Below, piece after piece: positions 25,789 to 33,236 of a DNA stretch of 35,953 nt. How positions within the stretch are numbered: the first letter of the stretch is position 1; every line of letters begins with the position of its first letter. The stretch comes from an uncultured Ruminococcus sp. (GTDB lineage: Bacteria > Bacillota > Clostridia > Oscillospirales > CAG-272), in the NCBI GenBank assembly GCA_964542035.1, contig CAZISZ010000002.1, positions 1-35,953 on the forward strand, given 5' to 3'. The notes below the pieces were generated by a model. That model was given only the letters and a program-made list of their open reading frames with translations. It was not told the DNA's origin and made no database searches. A program made the position numbers and the translations under genes.

Positions 25789-27009
25789 TTAAATATCGGC
25801 TGCATCGCAAAGGATGCGCACAAGTATGTCGGCTACCGCCTCAAGCGATTCAACTGGGAGGTATTCAAAACGAGAATGAAAATTCTCGCCGCCGGCGCAA
25901 AGGTTGGGACAGGGTAGACCCATGTATGAAAGGCGTGCGCCGTCAGTACCTCCGCGAATGGGAACGATTTTGGGTTCAACTCCCACCTCGCGCATAGCTG
26001 CGGCGGCGCGATCGACTATAAACAGGTGATCTTTAATAATCTCGCGCATGTTGCGGTAGGAATCGGTTATTTTACAGGTTGCCGAACCCGCGCCGTACTT
26101 GGCATTTATAAAGTCGGCGGCTGCGGCAAACAGGCGCTTGCGTTCTTCAAAACGAGCGGCGTCGTGGTCGCGGATAATATATTCAACACGGGCGTGCTCA
26201 AGTTCACCGTGCAACTCGTCCAGATGATAAAAACCCTCGTATCCTTCGGTATGAGCGGGATCCTCCGCCGCGGGGAGCAGTGATACGAATTCCGCCGCCA
26301 TAAGCGCGGCGTTTTTCATTTTGCCTTTGCCGTAGCCGGGATGAATGGCAACTCCGGTAAAATCTACGGCAGCCGCAGCGGCGTTAAAGCATTCGTATTC
26401 TATCTCGCCGAGTGCACCGCCGTCAACGGTGTATGCGTAATCCGCGCCGAATGCGGCAACGTCAAAGTGATCCGCTCCCGCGCCTATCTCCTCGTCGGGG
26501 GTGAAACAGATTCGCAGGCGGCAGTGAGGAATATCCGAATTTTTGAGGCGTTCGGCGGCGGTAACGATGGCGGCAATGCCCGCTTTGTCATCGGCGCCGA
26601 GCAGCGTCTTGCCATCGGTCACGATCAGGTGTTTTCCGTGATATTCGCCAAGGCTCGGGTAGTCCTCCTCTCGCATGACGACGCGCGGATGATCGCATAG
26701 CGTTATATCGCCGCCCGCGTATTCGACTATGCGCGGGCATATCGGCGAATCGGGCGCCTCGTCCGATGTATCCATATGCGCTATAAGACCGACGGTGGGT
26801 GCCGATTCATATCCCGCGGTGGCAGGCAGAGTGGCGCTTACGTAGCCGTTGGGGTCAAGAGTGACGTCGGAAAGACCTATTTCGCGCAATTCGTCGGCAA
26901 TATATTCAGCCAAAACCAGCTGACTTTCGGTGCTGGGGCAGGTTTCGGAGTGCTTATCCGACATAGTGGGAAAGGAAACGTATTTTAAAAATCTTTCGGT
27001 GATATTCAT
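25789..27009 (-). CDS. pepT: Peptidase T (tripeptide aminopeptidase, M20B)
   Basis: 406 aa counted from the ATG at 27009 (MNITERFLKYVSFPTMSD, the normal PepT N-terminus), with IAHMDTSDE and GADDKAG motifs. The track ORF start at 27048 (ATGA overlap with the upstream stop) is the alternative. Confidence 0.85.
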   Translation of the reverse strand: MNITERFLKYVSFPTMSDKHSETCPSTESQLVLAEYIADELREIGLSDVTLDPNGYVSATLPATAGYESAPTVGLIAHMDTSDEAPDSPICPRIVEYAGGDITLCDHPRVVMREEDYPSLGEYHGKHLIVTDGKTLLGADDKAGIAAIVTAAERLKNSDIPHCRLRICFTPDEEIGAGADHFDVAAFGADYAYTVDGGALGEIEYECFNAAAAAVDFTGVAIHPGYGKGKMKNAALMAAEFVSLLPAAEDPAHTEGYEGFYHLDELHGELEHARVEYIIRDHDAARFEERKRLFAAAADFINAKYGAGSATCKITDSYRNMREIIKDHLFIVDRAAAAMREVGVEPKIVPIRGGTDGARLSYMGLPCPNLCAGGENFHSRFEYLPVESLEAVADILVRILCDAADI

Positions 27010-27044
27010 TGATGTTTTTACCTTTTCGTTTATTGTGATGAGGA

Positions 27045-28100
27045 TCACCCCAATGTTTTTAGCTCCGCTTGTGCGTTAAGCGTTTCGGCGTCATCGCCGA
27101 GGAGCGACAGAAGTTCCTCGCGTGTGCCGGCATAGTTTATGGTTTTAAGATGTTCGCAGCCGACCAATGCTCCGGATTCGATTTTTCGGAGAGAGGCGGG
27201 CAATGTTATGCTTTCGATAGCCGAACATCCCCCAAAGGCGCGGTAGCCCAAAAACTCGACGCCCTCGCCGAGTGTAATATCGGTCAGCGCCGTGCAACCG
27301 TCAAATGCGCGTTGATTTATCGTAATAAGCCCGGTGCCGAATGTTACGCTTTCGAGAGATGTGCATACACTGAATGCTTTTTCGCCTATAACCGTTACGT
27401 TGTCGGGTATGGTGACGGAGGTGAGCTTTTCGCAACCGTAAAACGCTCGTTCGCCTATTGTTTTTATAGACGGCGGCAGTGAAACGGAGGTTAAAAACTC
27501 GCATCTGTAAAAGGCGCGTTCGGCAATGCCGCGCACAAGCACACCGTCAAAAACATCCGGAACGATTATATTTCCGCCGCCTTTGTACAGTTCGGAGTCG
27601 AATGTTAACATGCCATCTTCATTCGTATCGGTATCAAAGGAGAACCACGGCGTGTCGGCGGTGCTGCCTACCACCACATCGTCGCGACCCGCGAGGGTGC
27701 GCGCCTGTTCCAAAATACACCGCTCAACATAATCGTCGCTGTCGCGGTAGTTGCCCATTTCGTCAAAAATATCAAGCGCGCGCATATATTCGCCCTCATC
27801 AAACAGTGCTACGGCATTGTTGTAATTGCGGTTGGGAATTATCACGCGGTCAAACAGTATCACTGCGCCTACGGTTACGGCTATGAGACTAAAAGCCGCA
27901 GTAGATATGGCAATCGTCAATCTGCGTTTTTTCTTTTTCTGTGTGGAGAGGGTGGCACGGCGCCGATGCTTGGCGCGTTCGCGGTAGATTTGTTGACGTT
28001 CGGCGCTCGTCAGGTGGCGGCGCGGAGCATCGGCGGTTGAATTTGTGTCGGAGCCGTTATCCGCGTTTTTTTCGCGAGAATCAAACTCGGGTGCGGTCAT
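27045..28100 (-). CDS. Single-pass membrane protein with an extracellular BspA-type leucine-rich repeat domain
   Basis: 351 aa. It has a basic N-terminus (KHRRR...KKKKRR), one TM helix, and about six ~23-aa repeats (FYGCEKLTSVTIPDNVTVIGEKAF...) ending in INYAGT. ATGA overlap with the upstream gene. Confidence 0.7.
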   Translation of the reverse strand: MTAPEFDSREKNADNGSDTNSTADAPRRHLTSAERQQIYRERAKHRRRATLSTQKKKKRRLTIAISTAAFSLIAVTVGAVILFDRVIIPNRNYNNAVALFDEGEYMRALDIFDEMGNYRDSDDYVERCILEQARTLAGRDDVVVGSTADTPWFSFDTDTNEDGMLTFDSELYKGGGNIIVPDVFDGVLVRGIAERAFYRCEFLTSVSLPPSIKTIGERAFYGCEKLTSVTIPDNVTVIGEKAFSVCTSLESVTFGTGLITINQRAFDGCTALTDITLGEGVEFLGYRAFGGCSAIESITLPASLRKIESGALVGCEHLKTINYAGTREELLSLLGDDAETLNAQAELKTLG

Positions 28101-28987
28101 ACGGCGGTCTCCTTTTTTATATATGTGGGTGATGTGGGCTTAGGCTCGCGCGGCAATATGCGGCAATCGACGTATATCGGGCAGTGATCTGAAGCGTCCA
28201 GTGCCTCCTGCTCGGTAACAACGTCAAAGGTGCGTACATCAAGCCCCTCGCGACCGTAAACGAACATATGGTCGATGGCTTGGAGGTGGGAGCCGCGCGG
28301 CATGGGACCGTTTATATATTCTCCGCTTTCGGGGTCATATACGGCATATGGGTGATGTGTGTTGGAGCGTGACGCATATTCCACCGCCGCCATGCGCATG
28401 TCCATGGCTCCGTCGGATATCATTGCGTTGTAGCCGTCGGCGCCTATTCTCATGTTAAGATCACCCATCACGACCACGGGGACATTGTATTCCGTAGCGA
28501 TAAAGCGAGCATATGCGCCGAGCTGGCGGGCATCGTAAACGCGTGCGGTATCGGATTCGGGACCCTTTTGCCACCAGTAGTGGGTGGATATAACGCCTAT
28601 CATCTCGCCGTTCTCGATTCGGCGCAGTACCGCCCATGCAAGACTCTTGCTTGCGTGGTTGTTAAGTCCGTCGTAAAGGTGCCAACCGCACTTTACGGTT
28701 TCAAATACGCCGCGTCGGATAAGCAGGGGGGTATTGTCAAGCATTCCGTCCGTCTCGGGGCGCAAAAGTTCGTATTGTTCGCCAAGCAATGAGAGCAGTC
28801 GGGAATCGTAAAGATTTTGCGTCATTTCCTGCAAGCCGAGAATATCCGGCGCGTAGCGCAGGTAGATATTTGCAAGGTGGGTATCGCGATTGTACACCGC
28901 ACCGCACCAAATGTTGTGGGACATTATCCTGATGTCAGATCTTTTTTCGCAGCTCATTAAAAACACATCCTTTTCTTTCGCCCGCAT
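28097..28987 (-). CDS. Endonuclease/exonuclease/phosphatase (EEP) family protein
   Basis: 296 aa with IMSHNIW, ILGLQE, VMGDLN and SDHCPI motifs. The start could be 28957 instead. Confidence 0.8.
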   Translation of the reverse strand: MRAKEKDVFLMSCEKRSDIRIMSHNIWCGAVYNRDTHLANIYLRYAPDILGLQEMTQNLYDSRLLSLLGEQYELLRPETDGMLDNTPLLIRRGVFETVKCGWHLYDGLNNHASKSLAWAVLRRIENGEMIGVISTHYWWQKGPESDTARVYDARQLGAYARFIATEYNVPVVVMGDLNMRIGADGYNAMISDGAMDMRMAAVEYASRSNTHHPYAVYDPESGEYINGPMPRGSHLQAIDHMFVYGREGLDVRTFDVVTEQEALDASDHCPIYVDCRILPREPKPTSPTYIKKETAV

Positions 28988-29059
28988 TTGCGAGACGTGT
29001 AAAATATCAGCTTACTGTCGGTCATGGTCTGCTATCGACCGCCGGATCGCATCATATAT

Positions 29060-29088
29060 ATTTTATCACATAGCGTTTGGAATGTAAA
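29060..29088 (-). promoter_or_regulatory. Sigma-70-type promoter for the EEP/LRR/pepT/LRR-MBL operon
   Basis: On the minus strand: TTTACA, a 17-nt spacer, then TAAAAT preceded by TGa (extended -10). It lies about 70 nt upstream of the ATG at 28987. Confidence 0.55.
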
Positions 29089-29131
29089 TAGAAATATTCG
29101 CATTTTTATTTGAAAGTTGGGCGATGGATGG

Positions 29132-29160
29132 TTGACTTGTCGGTAAAAATGGTATATAAT
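29132..29160 (+). promoter_or_regulatory. Near-consensus sigma-70 promoter driving the riboswitch operon
   Basis: TTGACT at 29132-29137, a 17-nt spacer, and TATAAT at 29155-29160. Confidence 0.7.
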
Positions 29161-29204
29161 AATATATGGATGTCGGCGGTTTGTCCGTTGACCGAAAAAA
29201 CAAA

Positions 29205-29405
29205 TACATCGCGGTTCCGCGGCACACGCCGCAGGATCAGGGGGAAGTTCGGTGAAAATCCGTCGCAACGACCATTACCGTAATTGAGCCGCAGCTCATA
29301 AGTCGGAATACCTGCCGTGATGTTATAAGGGTAAGCTCTTGGGTAAGAAGACAGCTGTTCCGACTCGCACCGCGGTGGAGGAGGCAAAAAATGCGCTCTC
29401 TGCCG
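29205..29405 (+). promoter_or_regulatory. Cobalamin (B12) riboswitch
   Basis: Core motifs appear in the canonical order: GGGAAG at 29242-29247, GGTGAAAATCC at 29251-29261, ACCGTAA at 29276-29282, and the B12 box AGTCGGAATACCTGCC at 29301-29316. The helix cacg..gcagg (29225-29235) pairs with cctgccgtg (29311-29319). The boundaries are approximate. Confidence 0.8.
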
Positions 29406-29423
29406 GGGCTTTTCGGGTTGTGT

Positions 29424-29463
29424 GCGTCTTATTTCCGAGGTGAAGCGAAATAAGGCGTTTTTT
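29424..29463 (+). terminator. Riboswitch expression-platform intrinsic terminator
   Basis: Stem gcgtcttatttc/gaaataaggcg with one G-U pair, followed by TTTTTT at 29458-29463, just upstream of the first RBS of the operon. Confidence 0.75.
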
Positions 29464-29497
29464 GTTGCCTTTTCAAAACATTGTGAGGAACCCCGAT

Positions 29498-29788
29498 ATG
29501 GAATATACAAAAGAATATTGCATAGCACTTCTCGTAAATATGGGAGCGCTGCTTGCCGAGGCGGGAGAGCAGCGGTTACCCCGAAGATCCGATTTTTCGG
29601 AACGCGAGGTGTGTGCCATTAAAGCGCGTCTCGGTCCGTGGCCTCGTGCGCTTGAGGAGGCGGGATTAAAAGCTCCGCGAGACGGCGATCACGCGGAACG
29701 TAACCGAGAAAAGCGTATACGCGCCAAGCGCAAAATAAACGCCGCACGCCGCGCCGCAAAACAAGATATACCTTTGGATAAAGAATAA
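29498..29788 (+). CDS. Small basic protein with a single homing-endonuclease-associated-repeat-like (HNH_repeat-like) helical domain
   Basis: 96 aa counted from the ATG at 29498, with a GAGGA RBS about 8 nt upstream. YTKEYCIALLVNMGALLAEAG..LPRRSDFSE....RLGPWPRALEEAGL resembles the '...FGSWnkALeeAGL' repeat. The tail is Lys/Arg-rich. Confidence 0.5.
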   Translation: MEYTKEYCIALLVNMGALLAEAGEQRLPRRSDFSEREVCAIKARLGPWPRALEEAGLKAPRDGDHAERNREKRIRAKRKINAARRAAKQDIPLDKE

Positions 29789-29839
29789 TCGCCGGCATAT
29801 GCCGCGTTATTATATAATATAAAAAGGAAAAGGACAAAA

Positions 29840-30646
29840 ATGAAAACAGCAAGATTGATCACGATTTTACTCACTTTGGTATTGCTCGCAATGTCGCTCT
29901 CGCTCGGTGTGTCGGCGTCTGAGAACCCCACTGTATATGTTACGGTGTCAAATAGCACGGTAAAGCTTGCGCACTCGCCTGTGCAGGTCACCGATGTTGA
30001 CGGCGACGGTAAACTTACGATAAACGACGCGCTTGCTTCGGCGCATGACGCGTATTTCGAGGGTGGCGCTGCTGCGGGTTATTCTTCCGCCGCAAGCGAG
30101 TGGGGACTTTCCCTTACCCGCCTTTGGGGCGTTGAAAACGGAGGCAGTTACGGCTATTATCTCAATAATGCCGCCGCAATGAGTCTTGCCGATCCTGTTG
30201 TCGATGGCGACAGCATCTATGCCTTCGTTTATACCGATACCGTCGGATTTACCGATATCTATTGCTATTTTGACAAAAATACTCTGAGCGCCGAGACCGG
30301 GGAGAGCGTTACTCTCACGCTTTCAAGCGCAGGATACGACGCCAACTGGCAGCCTGTCACCGCGCCCCTTTCCGGTGCCGTTATTACCGTTGACGGCAAG
30401 GTGACCGATGTAAAAACCGATGAGGCGGGTCGCGCCACTCTTACGCTTACCGAGGGCGAGCATTCTATAAGTGCGGTTCATGACGAAAAACATATAACAC
30501 CTCCCGTTTGTGTGGTAACGATAACCTCGGGAGATGCTCCGCAGACCGGAGATAACGGCGTGGTTTATACCTGTCTTGTTGCCATCGCAACGATTACGGT
30601 AGGTCTCGGTGCGTTTATTGCACACCGTAAGGATAATGCGGCGTAA
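29840..30646 (+). CDS. Cell-wall-anchored surface protein: signal peptide, DUF4430 (transcobalamin-like beta domain)-like module, Ig-like module, sortase-type sorting signal
   Basis: 268 aa. Signal peptide ...SLGVSASE. GLSLTRLWGVENGGSYGYYLNN....ADPVVDGDSIYAFVY resembles the DUF4430 signature. The C-terminus is APQTGD, then a hydrophobic helix, then HRKDNAA. Confidence 0.6.
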   Translation: MKTARLITILLTLVLLAMSLSLGVSASENPTVYVTVSNSTVKLAHSPVQVTDVDGDGKLTINDALASAHDAYFEGGAAAGYSSAASEWGLSLTRLWGVENGGSYGYYLNNAAAMSLADPVVDGDSIYAFVYTDTVGFTDIYCYFDKNTLSAETGESVTLTLSSAGYDANWQPVTAPLSGAVITVDGKVTDVKTDEAGRATLTLTEGEHSISAVHDEKHITPPVCVVTITSGDAPQTGDNGVVYTCLVAIATITVGLGAFIAHRKDNAA

Positions 30647-32321
30647 GTTAAATATAAAGCAGAGTATCATCGCAATTTTCTCGGCGGTGATACTTGCTTT
30701 TTCGTTTGTCGTTCAAGCGTCGGCTGTTTCTTCAACCTCCGAAATCGGTGTCGGAGGCAACTACGATCTTGACGGTGAGGCAGAAGCGATCTTCGCGGAG
30801 CTTTGCCGCGCGGACGGCGCGGAGAGTCTCGCCGAGTGGGTTGAAACCTCTCTTGCACCGCGTGCGGGTGACGGTGTCGAATGGTATATTATAGCTCTGC
30901 GGCAGGCGCACCCGGAGGTTGATCTTTCGGTATACGCGAACGTTCTTGAGACGCGCATGCAGAGCGGCGAGATAAAAGGTGCGGTGGCGCGCCAACGTTG
31001 CGCGCTCGCATTGACGGCATGCGGCAGAGGAGATTCGACGACGGTATCCTCGGTTATGGATGAAACTATCGGTGGGCTTGGGCTGATGAGTTACATTTTC
31101 GGGTTAAATCTTATGAATTCCGGAATTGCTTCGCACACCCGCACGTCGGATGATGTGATAGACGCCATTCTTGCGGCTCGCCTTGAGGGCGGCGGCTGGG
31201 CAATTATCGGACACGTTGCGGAAGCCGATGTTACCGCCATGGCGGTTCAGGCATTGGCGCCGTACCGAGAGCGGCGCACGGATGTGAAAGAGGCAACCGA
31301 TACGGCAATCGAATTATTGATCTCCGATATGCGTGACAGCGGCACATATATCAGTTACGGTACGGAAAACCCGGAATCGGCGGCGCAGGCGGCAATGGCA
31401 TTTGTCTCTTGCGGTATTGACCCGGAGTATGATTCGCGCATGGAGGGACGGCGCACGCTTATTGACGGTATTTTTGCTTTTCGCTTGGCGGGCGAGGGCT
31501 TTTCACACACCGCGGGCGGCGGATATAACGCAACCGCTACCGTGCAGTCTCTTTTGGCGCTCATCGCCGTGAGCCGCGCGCGCCGCGGCATTGGCGGTAT
31601 GTATGTTTTTGATACCGAGTCGGAGTTGACCGGAACCGCCGAATCCGTTGGAACAGATATAACGGATACGATATTTGCGAACAGTATGGCGGCAACGGTT
31701 GAATCTGTCACGACCGCCGCAGAGGATTCGTTACGATCTCACGCAGACGGTGAAAAAATAAAATTTTGGATAGTTACGGGCATTGTTGCGGCGGCTGTAG
31801 TTGCGGCGGTGTGTTTTTATGTTCGCGGTTGGCGGCATAAGAAGAATTTTGTTTTTATTGTTTTCACGGCGGTTGCGGCGGTGATGTTGGTTTTACTTGC
31901 CGATATCAGAACGGCAAACGATTACTACGCAGGTACAACTTCAATTGACGGTGATGTGCCGAGAATCGGTGTGAGTATATCGATTCGATGCGATGAGGCT
32001 CTCGGGGTTGTTGAACTTGAAAGCCTCCCGACCGACGGTGTGATACTGAATGAGACGGTGATTGATATCGCCTATGACGGCACGGTGCTTGACGCGCTCA
32101 CGGAAGCGGCGAGAGTCTACCGTTTGCAACTTGAATATTCGGGCGGCGGCAGTATGGCGTATGTCTCGGGTATAGAATATCTTTACGAATTCGACGGCGG
32201 AGAGCTTTCAGGGTGGATATACCGAGTAAACGGAGAGGCGCCGAGCGTGGGATGCGGGGGGTACAAGCTTTCGGACGGCGACGTCATTGAGTGGGAGTAC
32301 ACTCTCGTTCCGAAATATTGA
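30636..32321 (+). CDS. Membrane-tethered transcobalamin-like protein: signal peptide, alpha/alpha-toroid (prenyltransferase/terpene-cyclase-like repeats), TM hairpin, C-terminal DUF4430 domain
   Basis: 561 aa counted from the ATG at 30636 (MRRKLNIKQSIIAIFSAVILAFSFVVQASA). Toroid-type repeats are present (EGGGWAIIGH..DVTAMAVQALAP; NPESAAQAAMAFVSCG; YNATATVQSLLALIAV). Two TM helices flank RGWRHKKN. The C-terminus is YVSGIEYLYEFDGGELSGWIYRVNGEAPSVGCGGYKLSDGDVIEWEYT, the classic DUF4430 pattern. Confidence 0.7.
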   Translation: MRRKLNIKQSIIAIFSAVILAFSFVVQASAVSSTSEIGVGGNYDLDGEAEAIFAELCRADGAESLAEWVETSLAPRAGDGVEWYIIALRQAHPEVDLSVYANVLETRMQSGEIKGAVARQRCALALTACGRGDSTTVSSVMDETIGGLGLMSYIFGLNLMNSGIASHTRTSDDVIDAILAARLEGGGWAIIGHVAEADVTAMAVQALAPYRERRTDVKEATDTAIELLISDMRDSGTYISYGTENPESAAQAAMAFVSCGIDPEYDSRMEGRRTLIDGIFAFRLAGEGFSHTAGGGYNATATVQSLLALIAVSRARRGIGGMYVFDTESELTGTAESVGTDITDTIFANSMAATVESVTTAAEDSLRSHADGEKIKFWIVTGIVAAAVVAAVCFYVRGWRHKKNFVFIVFTAVAAVMLVLLADIRTANDYYAGTTSIDGDVPRIGVSISIRCDEALGVVELESLPTDGVILNETVIDIAYDGTVLDALTEAARVYRLQLEYSGGGSMAYVSGIEYLYEFDGGELSGWIYRVNGEAPSVGCGGYKLSDGDVIEWEYTLVPKY

Positions 32322-32357
32322 AATGAAAAACACAGCTTCACGATCGAAGAAAGGAAA

Positions 32358-33236
32358 ATGCAAATGTGCGAATTCGGCAGATATCATCCGCTGGTGACGT
32401 TTTTATATTACCTTTCCGCGGCATCGGCGATCATGTTTTGCCATGATCCTCGTATCATCGTCACGGCGCTGTGCGTCGGCATCATCGAGCGCGCGGCGAT
32501 ACATCGCGATGCGGCATGTATGGGATGGACGGCGCTCATTATTTCGGTATCAGCTATCCTCAACGCCGCCGTTTCGCATAACGGTAAGACCGTTTTGTTC
32601 TTTGTCGGCGATATGCGCATCACTGCGGAGGCGTTGCTTTACGGCGTTTCGGCAGGCGCGGCGATTGCCGCCGTGCTGAATATTTTTAAATCATTTTCAA
32701 ATTATATGACTTCGGATAGACTTCAGTGCCTACTTGGAGTCGTTTCTCCCAAACTGGCGCTTATGCTTTCGGTGGCACTGAGGTATATTCCGTATCTTTG
32801 GCGGCGGTCGGGCGATGTTCGGCTTGCACAGCGCGGCGCGGGACTTTACCGTGACGGCAGCCTGCCCGAGCGTATAACGGGGGATGCGCGTGTGTTTTAT
32901 TCGCTTGCCGCAGGCGCGCTTGAGGACGGTATAGTGACCGCCGACAGTATGAGCGCACGCGGCTATGGAACGGGGCGGCGTACGTCTGTTTCGCTCTATC
33001 GTTTCGGATGGCGGGATGCGTTGTTTTTGCTTCCGGTTGCGGTAATCGACGCTATCCTTATAGCGGCGGGCGGTTGCGGATATCTCGAATTTGAATTTTA
33101 TCCGACGCTCGGTATGCCGAACGGTGATACGATTGCGCATATCGCTTGCGCGGCGTTTGCTTTTTTGATGCTTATGCCGCTTATAAATGATGCCGCAGAG
33201 GTGATAAGATGGAAATACTTGCTCTCAAAAATTTAA
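32358..33236 (+). CDS. ECF transporter transmembrane (T) component, CbiQ/EcfT family
   Basis: 292 aa polytopic protein with two coupling-helix Ala-Arg-Gly type motifs (LAQRGAG, MSARGYG). It overlaps the ATPase gene. Confidence 0.75.
   Translation: MQMCEFGRYHPLVTFLYYLSAASAIMFCHDPRIIVTALCVGIIERAAIHRDAACMGWTALIISVSAILNAAVSHNGKTVLFFVGDMRITAEALLYGVSAGAAIAAVLNIFKSFSNYMTSDRLQCLLGVVSPKLALMLSVALRYIPYLWRRSGDVRLAQRGAGLYRDGSLPERITGDARVFYSLAAGALEDGIVTADSMSARGYGTGRRTSVSLYRFGWRDALFLLPVAVIDAILIAAGGCGYLEFEFYPTLGMPNGDTIAHIACAAFAFLMLMPLINDAAEVIRWKYLLSKI

Noticed and set aside
29462-29497. Alternative upstream start for the first riboswitch-controlled ORF
   Set aside because: It begins inside the terminator T-tract and has no RBS. 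The ATG at 29498 has a GAGGA RBS at good spacing.
29792-29818. Palindrome cggcatatgccg and a TATAAT-like hexamer between the first and second riboswitch-operon genes, considered as an internal terminator or promoter
   Set aside because: There is no T-run after the palindrome and no acceptable -35 (cgccgg) at 17-nt spacing. The genes are most simply co-transcribed.
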